In this document: piece by piece, positions 47,742 through 60,270 of the stretch
How the letters are laid out: each line of letters starts with the position of its first letter
Numbering within the stretch: the first letter of the stretch is position 1
Origin: Magnetococcales bacterium
Lineage (GTDB): Bacteria > Pseudomonadota > Magnetococcia > Magnetococcales > JADFWT01
Reading direction: 5' to 3'
Length of the DNA: 63,636 nt
NCBI GenBank assembly: GCA_015233785.1
Contig: JADFWT010000003.1
Location: forward strand, 1 to 63,636
Translations under genes and position numbers: made by a program
Notes under the pieces: generated by a model
Seen by the model: only the letters and a program-made list of their open reading frames with translations
Told to the model about the DNA's origin: nothing
Databases searched by the model: none

Positions 47742-49733
47742 TCAGCTTCGGCGGTTTCTACACCAGCGCTGCCACATATCACGATACCCGTTCTCCACTG
47801 CACGCGCATAGCCCAGATGATCTCCCAGTGGCGAGGCATCAAACCGCGCTCTAAGAGAGGCGCGCAGGGCTGCCAGTGCCGGAAGATCCGCAGCCTGTTT
47901 TACGGCAATTTGGAGATACTCCTTCTCGCTTTCGGCCACCCAGCCGTGAATGCCAAGATTATGCATGAAAGAGGCAGTGTAGCGGCTGGCATGATTGTCA
48001 GAATAGAGCGAGACCAGTGGTAGCCCCATGCGCAGCGACTCCAGCCCGGTGACGGCGGCCCCTGCGGGGTAGGTATCCAACTGAAAATCGATTTCGCTCA
48101 TGAGCTTAAAATGCTCTTTTTGCTCGGTCCAGCCCGCCACGCGAATCCGTTCGGTATCGACGCCTTCTCTCTCAAACAACCCCAGAACCAAGGGGCGGTA
48201 ATGCTCCATATTGCGCCGGGAGAGTTTCAGAATCAGATGGCTATGGGGAATCTCTTTCAGCACCTGAGACCAGAGCGGAATCATCGGTTGGGAAATTTTA
48301 TCAAATCGAGCCAGAACGCCCAGCGTAAGATAGCCGTTTTTCAGTGCCGGCAGCGGACCCACCTCCGGCATGGGCTGAAACGACATCAGATGGATGCCGC
48401 AGGGCAGATCATAGATGGTCTCGGCAAAGTGTCGTCGCTGTTTTTGGGGCATGACGATGGAATCGGCAAAGAGATAATCCATGGCCTCAAGGCCGGTGCC
48501 GTGATCATAGCCCCAGGCGGTGACGTTGATAGGGGCCGGACGGCGACTGAAGAGAGTGAGTCGGTTATGGCCGGCATGGCCTACCAGATCTACCAGGATA
48601 TCAATGCGGTCCTGACGGATAAGCGTCTCCAGTTCATCTTCCGACAGATCCTCAACCTCTCGCCACTGGTGGGCGCAGGATTGAAAGCGCTCGGTAACGA
48701 AATCGCTGTTGTCGGGTGTGTTGGTGCGGTAGATGGTGATCTCAAAATGGTCGCTGTTGTGGTGGAGAATGGGTGCAGCAAAGGCGTTGGCCGCCGAATG
48801 GTTGATGAAGTAACACGACAGATAGCCGATGCGTAGTTTGCGCTCCGGGTCGGGATCATTGGCGTGGGGTGGGGTGGGGACGGGTGGGCAAAAATGTTGG
48901 GCCCAGCGTCGCCGCTCCGCCTGAATTTCGGCATCGCCGATAAACGGCGTGTGGTCCAGGGTGACAATCAAGTTGGAATGGACGCTCTGTTCGTCCGGGC
49001 AGCGGGCTAAAAATGCCCGGAAGGTGGTAATGGCCTCATCAAAGCGGCTTAGCGCATGGTAGGCTGCGGTCAACCCCAGGCAGGCGTTGGTGGAATCAGG
49101 TTGTAATTGCAGGCAGCGCCGGAAGTGGTTGATGGCCGTGACCGGATCATCGCTCTGATCATAAAGTATGCCGAGGTTGAGCAATATTTCGTAGTTATCC
49201 GGCAGCAGAGCCAGGGCGCGCTCATAATAGGATTTGGCCTTGTCGAAGCGTTTCTTGACCCGAAAAATATTGCCAAAATTATTGAGTATGGCTGCTTCAT
49301 CACCGGGGTGCCGGACGAGAAAGCGCGCCAAGAGCAGTTCGGCTTGTTCGTCAGCCTCAAAGTGCAGCAGCAGATCGATGAGGCTGCCCAGGACGTTGGC
49401 GTCATCGGGGGCCCGTTCATGGGCGCGTTCAAGGCTCTCTTTGGCCTCATGAAGGCGCTTCATGTCTCGTTGAATAAAACCGAGATCAGCTAGGGCCTGA
49501 GGCATCTGGGGATCCAGTGCCAGCACTTGTTGCATCATGCTTTCGGCCTGTTCAAGCTGGCCCGCCTCATAGGTGAGGATGCCCAGCAGACGCAGGCTGT
49601 CGATCTGGTTTGGATCCAGCGCCAGAATCTGTCGATAGATCGTCTCGGCCTGCTGCCGCTCACCCGCTTGATGGTGCTCGATGGCGATCTGCAACGCTTG
49701 GTCCAGCGTCACTGTGGTCTGGTCATTATGCAC
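47742..49733 (-). CDS. TPR-repeat protein with C-terminal GT41 (O-GlcNAc-transferase/SPINDLY-like) glycosyltransferase domain
   Basis: About seven N-terminal TPRs, followed by RIGYLSCYFINHSAANAF...HFEITIYR...NVTAWGYDHGTGLEAMDYLFADSIVMP, which is typical of COG3914/Glyco_transf_41. Confidence 0.85.
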   Translation of the reverse strand: MHNDQTTVTLDQALQIAIEHHQAGERQQAETIYRQILALDPNQIDSLRLLGILTYEAGQLEQAESMMQQVLALDPQMPQALADLGFIQRDMKRLHEAKESLERAHERAPDDANVLGSLIDLLLHFEADEQAELLLARFLVRHPGDEAAILNNFGNIFRVKKRFDKAKSYYERALALLPDNYEILLNLGILYDQSDDPVTAINHFRRCLQLQPDSTNACLGLTAAYHALSRFDEAITTFRAFLARCPDEQSVHSNLIVTLDHTPFIGDAEIQAERRRWAQHFCPPVPTPPHANDPDPERKLRIGYLSCYFINHSAANAFAAPILHHNSDHFEITIYRTNTPDNSDFVTERFQSCAHQWREVEDLSEDELETLIRQDRIDILVDLVGHAGHNRLTLFSRRPAPINVTAWGYDHGTGLEAMDYLFADSIVMPQKQRRHFAETIYDLPCGIHLMSFQPMPEVGPLPALKNGYLTLGVLARFDKISQPMIPLWSQVLKEIPHSHLILKLSRRNMEHYRPLVLGLFEREGVDTERIRVAGWTEQKEHFKLMSEIDFQLDTYPAGAAVTGLESLRMGLPLVSLYSDNHASRYTASFMHNLGIHGWVAESEKEYLQIAVKQAADLPALAALRASLRARFDASPLGDHLGYARAVENGYRDMWQRWCRNRRS

Positions 49734-49754
49734 GTGTGAGTCCCTGTAGCCGGA

Positions 49755-51575
49755 TCACTCCACCGTGACGCTTTTGGCGAGATTGCGCGGTTGATCCACA
49801 TCGGTTCCCTTAAGTACTGCAATGTGATAGGCCAGTAGCTGGAGAGGCACCACATAGAGAATCGGAGCCACAAAGTCGCCGCAATCCGGCGCATGGATGC
49901 AGAAGTCCGCCTTGCCTTGGGACTCTCCAGCGGTGGTGATCACCAGAATGCGACCGCCACGGGCACTCACCTCTTCGACGTTGCTCATCAGCTTGGCCAT
50001 CAGCTCATCCCGAGGGGCTACCACCACCACCGGCAGATCATCATCAATGAGGGCGATGGGGCCATGTTTCATCTCCCCGGCGGCATAGCCTTCGGCATGG
50101 ATGTAGGAGATCTCCTTGAGCTTCAGAGCCCCTTCGAGTGCGATGGGGAAGCAAGGACCGCGTCCTAGAAACAGAAAACCCCCGGCGTGCATCAATTCTC
50201 GGGCAATTTTTAACAGCGCCTCATCGTGGGTTAATACCTGCTCTATCAGGGCAGGCAGTCGCACCATCTGCTGTACCATCTCCTTTTCGATGGCCGGATC
50301 CAGCGTTTTATGGGCCTTGCCCAGTTCCAGCGCCAGGCAGGCCAGCACAATCAACTGGGTGGTAAACGCCTTGGTGGAGGCGACGCCGATCTCTGGCCCA
50401 GCCTGGGTGTAGAGCACTGCATCGGAAGCTCTGGCAATGGAGGATTCCGGTACATTGACGATAGCCAGAATCTTCTGGCCGCTCTCTTTGGCGTAGTGCA
50501 GCGCTGCCAGGGTATCGGCCGTCTCACCGCTTTGGGAGATCACCACCGTCATGCAGTCGGGAAGGGCGGGAGGGTGGCGATAGCGGTACTCCGAAGCCAC
50601 ATCCACTGAAACCGGAATTCGGGCCAGTCGTTCAATCCAATATTTGGACACCAGCCCGGCATGCCATGAGGTGCCGCAGGCAATGATGTTTACCGCCTTG
50701 ACCTGGTTGAGTTGAATCTTGGGCAGCAGCCCGGCCAAGGCGCTGGTGAGATTTACCGGGTCGATAAGATCCTTCAACGTCTCACCGATTACTGACGGCT
50801 GCTCGTAAATCTCCTTCTGCATGTAGTGGCGGTGGGGCCACTTATCGGTGAGGGCCGCGCTCACCTGGGTCTGTTTGACAGGGCGCTCTACAGGATTACC
50901 TTGAATATCGGTGACGCTGACCGAATCACGGCGCAACACCACCATGTCATCATCGTGCAGATAGATCATGTTGCGCGTGTAGGGGGCCAGGGGAGTGGCG
51001 TCGGAGCCGATGAAGTTCTCCCCCTCACCGATCCCGACAATCAGCGGACTGCCCCGCCGAACCGCAATGAGTAAATCTTCGCGTCCATGAAACATGATCC
51101 CCAAGGCAAAGCTACCCTCCAACCGGGCCACTGCGTGTCGCACAGCGTCGATGGGATCGGTGTGCTCTTTCCAGGCCAGGTCGATGAGGTGGGGAATCAG
51201 TTCGGTATCGGTCTCGGAGCGCAGCTTGACGCCCTGCTTAAGCAGTTCATCGCGCAGTTCTACGTGATTTTCGATAATGCCGTTGTGAACTACCACCACC
51301 CGTTTGGAGCGATGGGGATGGGCGTTGTCTTCGGTGGGCGCACCGTGCGTGGCCCAGCGGGTATGGCCAATGCCTGTGTAGCCCGTTACAGGTTGCTTGG
51401 CTAAACGTTCGGAGAGATTAACCAGCTTTCCGGTAGCCCGGACGATATGGAAATCCTCTGGGGCCGCCACAGCGATGCCTGCCGAGTCGTAACCGCGATA
51501 CTCAAGCCTTTTTAGTCCTTCAATAAGGACTGGGGTAGCGTTGCGCTCACCAATAACACCGACGATTCCACACAT
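49755..51575 (-). CDS. glmS: glutamine--fructose-6-phosphate aminotransferase
   Basis: MCGIVGVIG N-terminal nucleophile, two SIS domains, C-terminal ...LAKSVTVE. Confidence 0.97.
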   Translation of the reverse strand: MCGIVGVIGERNATPVLIEGLKRLEYRGYDSAGIAVAAPEDFHIVRATGKLVNLSERLAKQPVTGYTGIGHTRWATHGAPTEDNAHPHRSKRVVVVHNGIIENHVELRDELLKQGVKLRSETDTELIPHLIDLAWKEHTDPIDAVRHAVARLEGSFALGIMFHGREDLLIAVRRGSPLIVGIGEGENFIGSDATPLAPYTRNMIYLHDDDMVVLRRDSVSVTDIQGNPVERPVKQTQVSAALTDKWPHRHYMQKEIYEQPSVIGETLKDLIDPVNLTSALAGLLPKIQLNQVKAVNIIACGTSWHAGLVSKYWIERLARIPVSVDVASEYRYRHPPALPDCMTVVISQSGETADTLAALHYAKESGQKILAIVNVPESSIARASDAVLYTQAGPEIGVASTKAFTTQLIVLACLALELGKAHKTLDPAIEKEMVQQMVRLPALIEQVLTHDEALLKIARELMHAGGFLFLGRGPCFPIALEGALKLKEISYIHAEGYAAGEMKHGPIALIDDDLPVVVVAPRDELMAKLMSNVEEVSARGGRILVITTAGESQGKADFCIHAPDCGDFVAPILYVVPLQLLAYHIAVLKGTDVDQPRNLAKSVTVE

Positions 51576-51608
51576 AACAGGGCATCAACCTCCGACCGAA
51601 AAAAACTT

Positions 51609-51690
51609 TTGGGGAGTCCAGAGGGCCTCAGGCCTTCTGGCGGGTGCAGGGCAGAGCCCTGCGTAGGGGGCAAGGGGACGAAGTCCCCAA
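51609..51690 (+). repeat. multi-hairpin intergenic repeat, copy B (best-formed)
   Basis: TTGGGGAGTCCAGAGGGCCTCAGGCCTTCTGGCGGGTGCAGGGCAGAGCCCTGCGTAGGGGGCAAGGGGACGAAGTCCCCAA. It contains hairpins CCAGAGGGCC/GGCCTTCTGG, GCAGGGC/GCCCTGC and GGGGAC/GTCCCC, and the termini TTGGGGA/TCCCCAA are inverted. Confidence 0.85.
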
Positions 51691-51836
51691 CAAAAAAAGA
51701 GCAACAAAGCAAAACACCCCACAAACTATCATGTCCGCAAGATAAGCATTCTGCAAGCAAGGTTGAGTTGATTAATGGCGGAACAGGGAAATAAATAGAG
51801 AGAGGTGCCAATAAAACGTGCAGAGAGGAGGCAAGG

Positions 51837-53219
51837 CTATTTGGTAGAGCGCTTACGCCAATTAGGGATATGCACTTGCTTGGGCCGGGAGAGGGCTAGG
51901 GCATCATCCGGGACATTTTTGGTGACCGTTGTTCCAGCGCCAATGACGGCACCGGCTCCAACATTAACAGGGGCTACCATCTGCACATCGGAGCCGATAA
52001 AAGCGCCATCGCCAATGATAGTCTGGTGCTTGTTGGCCCCATCGTAATTGCAGGTAATGGTTCCAGCCCCAACGTTGACACCACGACCGATGGTGGCATC
52101 GCCAATATAGGTTAGGTGGTTGACTTTGGAGCCGTGGCCGATGCGGGCTTTTTTGACCTCGCAAAAGTTGCCCACCTTGGCATTGGGGGCCAGCTCGGCC
52201 AGAGGGCGAAGACGGGCATATGGTCCTACCGGATTGCCACCTTCAAGCGTGGCCCCGTCAAGGTGGCAGAAGGGCAGAATCTCACATTCATCGCCAATGC
52301 GTGATCGGCTGATGTGACAGAATGCGCCAACAGTGCAATTGGCACCGATAGTGACCTCAGGGCCCAGAATGACGTTAGGGTGAATCACCGTGTCGGGGCC
52401 GATATTGACGTCCGCATCGAGCCAGCACGACTCAGGATCAATGAAGGTAACCCCTTCATCCATGAGTCGCTCAACCAATCGGTCTCTAAAAGCACGTTCA
52501 AGTGCTGCCAAATGGCGACGGTTGTTGACGCCGGATAGAGAGAAGAAGTCGGGATGAAGATAGCAGCCGGTTGGGTGGGGTGAGGGGTGTTGATTCAGCG
52601 CTGAGCTGATGATATCGGTGAGATAGTACTCGCCTTGGGCGTTGTTGTTGGAGAGCGTGGAGAGCGCGTGACGCAGAAAGTTAAGTTGCACGGCGTAGGT
52701 GCCGGAGTTGATCTCCGTAAGAACTCGGGTGGAGTTGTCGGCGTCTTTTTCTTCAACAATGCGCAGAAACTCACCGGCTTCATTACGGACAATACGCCCA
52801 TATCCTGTAGGCGGATCAATGGTAGTGCTCAGCACTGAGACCAGACGTCTGTCGGTGCGGTGGGCGTCCAGGAAGGTTTGCAGGGCACTGGATTGAATAA
52901 GCGGCACATCGCCATTCAAAATCAGCACATCGCCATCCACACCTTCCAGCGCGGGCAAGGCACACTGCACGGCATGGCCTGTGCCGAGCTGGCGATCTTG
53001 AATCGCCCACTCAATTTGCGGCTGCCCAGCAAATGTAGACTGAACTTGATCAGCCCCATGCCCAACCACCACAACCATGCGTTGCGGGTCAAGTGCACGC
53101 GCTGCTTGAATTACATGATAAAGTAGAGGTTGGCCCGCCAGATGGTGAAGAACCTTGGGCCGTTTGGAGCGCATCCTGGTTCCCTGCCCGGCAGCAAGTA
53201 TGATGACCGCATCAATCAT
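51837..53219 (-). CDS. glmU: bifunctional UDP-N-acetylglucosamine pyrophosphorylase / glucosamine-1-phosphate N-acetyltransferase
   Basis: LAAGQGTRMRS nucleotide-binding motif, with C-terminal hexapeptide (left-handed beta-helix) repeats. Confidence 0.97.
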   Translation of the reverse strand: MIDAVIILAAGQGTRMRSKRPKVLHHLAGQPLLYHVIQAARALDPQRMVVVVGHGADQVQSTFAGQPQIEWAIQDRQLGTGHAVQCALPALEGVDGDVLILNGDVPLIQSSALQTFLDAHRTDRRLVSVLSTTIDPPTGYGRIVRNEAGEFLRIVEEKDADNSTRVLTEINSGTYAVQLNFLRHALSTLSNNNAQGEYYLTDIISSALNQHPSPHPTGCYLHPDFFSLSGVNNRRHLAALERAFRDRLVERLMDEGVTFIDPESCWLDADVNIGPDTVIHPNVILGPEVTIGANCTVGAFCHISRSRIGDECEILPFCHLDGATLEGGNPVGPYARLRPLAELAPNAKVGNFCEVKKARIGHGSKVNHLTYIGDATIGRGVNVGAGTITCNYDGANKHQTIIGDGAFIGSDVQMVAPVNVGAGAVIGAGTTVTKNVPDDALALSRPKQVHIPNWRKRSTK

Positions 53220-53270
53220 TGGGCACCAGCGCTACTCGGGACAGGGAAGGATGTCATAATACTGATCGGA

Positions 53271-53705
53271 TTAGCGGCGCCCGCCATGAACCTGAATACA
53301 GGCTTCAGCGAAGTCACGATTCCGTTTTTGCAGAATGATCTCAGGATCAATCTTTTTACTCTTAGCGGCTGTTGGAGCGGCCGATTCCAGTGCCTTGAGG
53401 GCTGTCGCCAGCTCTTCTTTGGCGTCATTGAGATTAATAGACTCTTTTGAGATGGCACGATCTACCAGTACCGTCACCGATTCTCCAGAGACTTCACAAT
53501 ATCCATTGGAGATGACATACCGTTCACCGGCCTGTTCGCCATCATCAATGATCAGCTCACCAGCGGCCAGGGCAGACATTAACGGTGTATGGTCAGCCAG
53601 CACACCAAACTCGCCTTCTTGCCCAGGCACAGTGACGCTCATCACTTCCTTGGAGACGAGCAGTCGATCGGGCGTGACCAAATCGAGTTGCAGGGTAATT
53701 GCCAT
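53271..53705 (-). CDS. atpC: F0F1 ATP synthase subunit epsilon
   Basis: Its position after atpD, and an N-terminal beta-sandwich sequence LQLDLVTPDRLL...VTVPGQEGEFGVL. Confidence 0.92.
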   Translation of the reverse strand: MAITLQLDLVTPDRLLVSKEVMSVTVPGQEGEFGVLADHTPLMSALAAGELIIDDGEQAGERYVISNGYCEVSGESVTVLVDRAISKESINLNDAKEELATALKALESAAPTAAKSKKIDPEIILQKRNRDFAEACIQVHGGRR

Positions 53706-53728
53706 GGAACTCCTCGTTCGCCGTTGGA

Positions 53729-55177
<1,449 letters not shown>

Positions 55178-55185
55178 TTACTAAA

Positions 55186-56073
55186 TTAACCCTTCAGGGA
55201 CTCGGCCCCACCGATGATCTCCATCAATTCGGTAGTAATGACGGCCTGTCGTGTCCTGTTGTAGGTAATGGTCAGCTTTTGGATCATGTCGGCTGCGTTT
55301 CTAACCGCGTTGTCCATAGCAGTCATGCGCGAACCGTGCTCCGAGGCATCGGACTCTACCAGAGCCTGATAGAGTTGAACCGCTACGCTCTTAGGCAGCA
55401 GGTCTGCCAGCAGTTCATCTTCCTCAGGTTCGAAGAGATGACTGGCACCGCCACCCACCTCTTCCTGCTCTTCGCCCACTTCCACCGGCATCAATCTGCG
55501 CCAAGTTAAAATCTGCGTCATAGCGGATTTAAACTTGTTGTAGACGATATAGCACTCGTCAAACACACCTTCGTCGTAGTCATGAACCAGCTGAAGAGCG
55601 AGCTCTTTTTCTACATTTTCGAAGGATAGTTCTCTGGTCATTCCGGCTAGTCGATTGCGAATCAATGGCTCAAACTGGCGCCTAAGCACCTCGTCGCCTT
55701 TGGTTCCAACACAGGTAAGAGAGACCTTTTTGCCATTCGCCTGGAGCGCCTCGATTTTAGCGCGAACAGCTCGAATCACGCCGCTGTTGAAACTGCCGCA
55801 AAGACCGCGATCGGCGGTAAAGAGAACAATTTCAATCTTTTTGGGATTTTCGGTATGACCCGAAATCAGCGGATGTCCCCCCTCGGCGTCTGACATACCG
55901 CGCGCCAGGGAGGCCGACATCTCAGTCATCTTTTCACTGTACGGACGTGCCGTTTCGGCTCGCTCCTGAGAACGACGCAGCTTGGCCGCCGCAACCATTT
56001 TCATGGCTTTGGTGATCTGTTGCGTGTTCTCAACGGAACGAATCCGATTTTTCAGATCTTTCAGGTTAGGCAT
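55186..56073 (-). CDS. atpG: F0F1 ATP synthase subunit gamma
   Basis: MPNLKDLKNRIRSVENTQQITKAMKMVAAAKLRR N-terminus and C-terminal ...ITTELMEIIGGAE. Confidence 0.97.
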   Translation of the reverse strand: MPNLKDLKNRIRSVENTQQITKAMKMVAAAKLRRSQERAETARPYSEKMTEMSASLARGMSDAEGGHPLISGHTENPKKIEIVLFTADRGLCGSFNSGVIRAVRAKIEALQANGKKVSLTCVGTKGDEVLRRQFEPLIRNRLAGMTRELSFENVEKELALQLVHDYDEGVFDECYIVYNKFKSAMTQILTWRRLMPVEVGEEQEEVGGGASHLFEPEEDELLADLLPKSVAVQLYQALVESDASEHGSRMTAMDNAVRNAADMIQKLTITYNRTRQAVITTELMEIIGGAESLKG

Positions 56074-56091
56074 GTCTCAATAACCTCGTGA

Positions 56092-58237
<2,146 letters not shown>

Positions 58238-58527
58238 GGCGCGTCTATCCTAAAGCGGTGTTAAATAGGACCATCGTGATTGGACAAAAGAATGAGTACC
58301 ACAGATCCGACTCCGTATTCAACGCCCCATGATGTGATTTAGACGTTTTTGGACTGTTTTTTGACTCCCTCGCACCTTTCCCGACCTAAACAAAGGCCCC
58401 ACATCAACTTGACATAGATGCGCCATCGCCCGTAAGGATAGAGACTTTTTAACGGAAAGGAACATGATGCTTTTGTGGTAAATGCCGTGAAAAGGTCTAA
58501 AAAAAAATGTAGGAAAGGATTCACCAC

Positions 58528-59127
58528 ATGCTGAAATTGTTCATGTTGGGCATTCTGGCCGCTATGGCTGTGGAACTGTATTTACTCATTCAGGTTGGTG
58601 ATGTGATCGGCGCTCTGCCGACGCTCCTCGTAATCATCGGTACGGCCATGATGGGGCTCTCGCTTGCACGCCGTGAAGGGGTCCGAACCTTGAGCCGTGC
58701 CCAGGCTCGTTTAGCGCGTGGAGAGATTCCTGGCGGTGAGTTGGCTGATGGCGTTTTGGTGCTGGTAGCAGCGGTGCTGTTGGTCATTCCGGGGTTTATT
58801 TCCGATGTGATTGGTTTTTTGCTTATCTTTCCAGTCAGTCGCTATCTGATCAAAGCGGTTTTGCGCCAGTTTATCGGACAGGGATCGTTACTTTCAGCGG
58901 CGTTGTTTGCCGGCAGCGGGGCAGCGTCAGGGACTACAGGAGCCGGATCCGGAGCGGATCAACCTTTTCCCTGGCCCGATCAACCCAAGTGGAACGATCA
59001 GGGGGGGCCTGTCCAGCCACGGGGCTCTTCGACCATCGAAGGGGAGTTTCAGCGAGAGTCGGAGGTGCCGCCTAATCCAGAGCGGCCTGAAGATCACGAT
59101 GGCCCAGGGCGCCTTCCCGGAGCATAA
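58528..59127 (+). CDS. fxsA: FxsA family membrane protein
   Basis: LLIQVGDVIGALPTLLVIIGTAMMGLSLARREG...VLLVIPGFISDVIGFLLIFP is typical of FxsA/UPF0716. The C-terminal tail is Gly/Pro-rich. Confidence 0.85.
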   Translation: MLKLFMLGILAAMAVELYLLIQVGDVIGALPTLLVIIGTAMMGLSLARREGVRTLSRAQARLARGEIPGGELADGVLVLVAAVLLVIPGFISDVIGFLLIFPVSRYLIKAVLRQFIGQGSLLSAALFAGSGAASGTTGAGSGADQPFPWPDQPKWNDQGGPVQPRGSSTIEGEFQRESEVPPNPERPEDHDGPGRLPGA

Positions 59128-59761
59128 TCAACGCATGGTCCGCTACACGCACCACGGTGGAAGGCTGGGATTGGTCCTGCCAGGTAATATCTTGTGTTTT
59201 CTCTTCAATAATCACAGATAGCTCATGGCTCCAAGCCTGGGCGATAGCGGCTGCATTGGCGTAGACCGGCGCACCGCTGGGGTTGGCGCTGGTGGAGACC
59301 AGTGGCTTGCCCCACCCCTTTAGCAGCGCCGAAATGGTTGGAGAAGGGGAGTGGCGCACCGCCACATGGCTGATGCCATGATGGGGCGGCCCCGTCACCT
59401 GAAGGGGCAGCTCGGGTCTGGCCGGAAGCACCAACGTCAGAGGGCCCGGCCAGAAACGATCTATCAACCGCTGGGCCAACGGCGACCACGGCTTGGCCAG
59501 ATGGGCCAGTTGGTCGGTACCGTCAATGAGCAGAATCAACCCTTTATCCGGCGCACGCCCTTTGAGTTGAAAAAGACGCGCCAACGCCTCCGGGTTCCAC
59601 GGGTCCACCCCCAGACCATAAACGGTCTCGGTGGGGTAGGCGATCACCTCTCCCCGGCGTAGCGCCTGGAGAGCCGCCTGTAGATCGTCGGTCACCACGA
59701 GAGAGCAGCCATGCCCCTTGTTAGGCTCACAGCTCGGCAACCCGCTCCTGAAGGGCGGCAT
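59072..59761 (-). CDS. tsaC: L-threonylcarbamoyladenylate synthase (YrdC/TsaC type)
   Basis: GEVIAYPTETVYGLGVD...LKGRAPDKGLILLI...ST SANPSG motifs. The start is uncertain: ATG 59761 overlaps the purE 3' end, and GTG at 59698 or 59695 are alternatives. Confidence 0.8.
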   Translation of the reverse strand: MPPFRSGLPSCEPNKGHGCSLVVTDDLQAALQALRRGEVIAYPTETVYGLGVDPWNPEALARLFQLKGRAPDKGLILLIDGTDQLAHLAKPWSPLAQRLIDRFWPGPLTLVLPARPELPLQVTGPPHHGISHVAVRHSPSPTISALLKGWGKPLVSTSANPSGAPVYANAAAIAQAWSHELSVIIEEKTQDITWQDQSQPSTVVRVADHALIMLREGALGHRDLQAALD

Positions 59762-60239
59762 CCTTCTTCATGACGGCGGCTACCATATCCTTGCGATATT
59801 GAGCCAGCCTGGCGGCCAGTTCTTTGTCGCTCAGAGCGATGATCTGTGCAGCAAAGAGACCGGCATTTTTGGCGCCTGCCTTGCCGATGGCCATGGTGGC
59901 CACAGGAATGCCGCCAGGCATCTGTACAGTGGCCAACAGGGCATCCATGCCGTTGACGGCAGTGGCGTTCAGCGGCACGCCGATCACCGGCAGATTGGTC
60001 TGAGAAGCCACCACACCGGCCAGATGGGCAGCGGCTCCGGCCCCGATGATCATCGCCTGGATTCCGCGCTCGGCGGCGCTGGCGGCATATTCGTGGGTTC
60101 GTTCCGGGGTGCGGTGGGCCGAGCTGACCGACATCTCAAAAGGGATATCGAATGATTTCAGTACGCTTCCCGCCTCTTTCATCACATCCCAGTCCGAATC
60201 GGAGCCCATCAGGATGCCTACTTTGGCTGCTTTGCTCAT
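59727..60239 (-). CDS. purE: 5-(carboxyamino)imidazole ribonucleotide mutase
   Basis: Trimmed to the ATG at 60239 (GAGGAA upstream). Motifs are [17 protein letters not shown] and [10 protein letters not shown]. Confidence 0.95.
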   Translation of the reverse strand: MSKAAKVGILMGSDSDWDVMKEAGSVLKSFDIPFEMSVSSAHRTPERTHEYAASAAERGIQAMIIGAGAAAHLAGVVASQTNLPVIGVPLNATAVNGMDALLATVQMPGGIPVATMAIGKAGAKNAGLFAAQIIALSDKELAARLAQYRKDMVAAVMKKDAALQERVAEL

Positions 60240-60270
60240 GGTGTTCCTCGTTTTGTTTAATGTATTCAGA

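Noticed and set aside
49755-51700. A glmS ribozyme upstream of glmS.
   Set aside because: The upstream sequence consists of the repeat element and A-rich tracts. I see nothing resembling the glmS ribozyme core, and that ribozyme is characteristic of Gram-positive lineages.
51512-51811. Short ORFs inside the glmU-glmS spacer (51512..51811 minus strand, 51609..51794 plus strand). They share a PEGLRPSG-like peptide with ORFs at 37398 and 61303.
   Set aside because: The shared peptide is only the translated repeat element. It occurs in different frames and strands at different loci, which points to a DNA/RNA-level element and not a protein.
58238-58527. TTGACA at 58409-58414 in the atpH/fxsA divergent region, considered as a sigma-70 -35 box for fxsA.
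   Set aside because: The best -10 candidate 17 nt downstream (GTAAGG/TAAGGA) is poor. Without transcript data this is not supportable as a feature.
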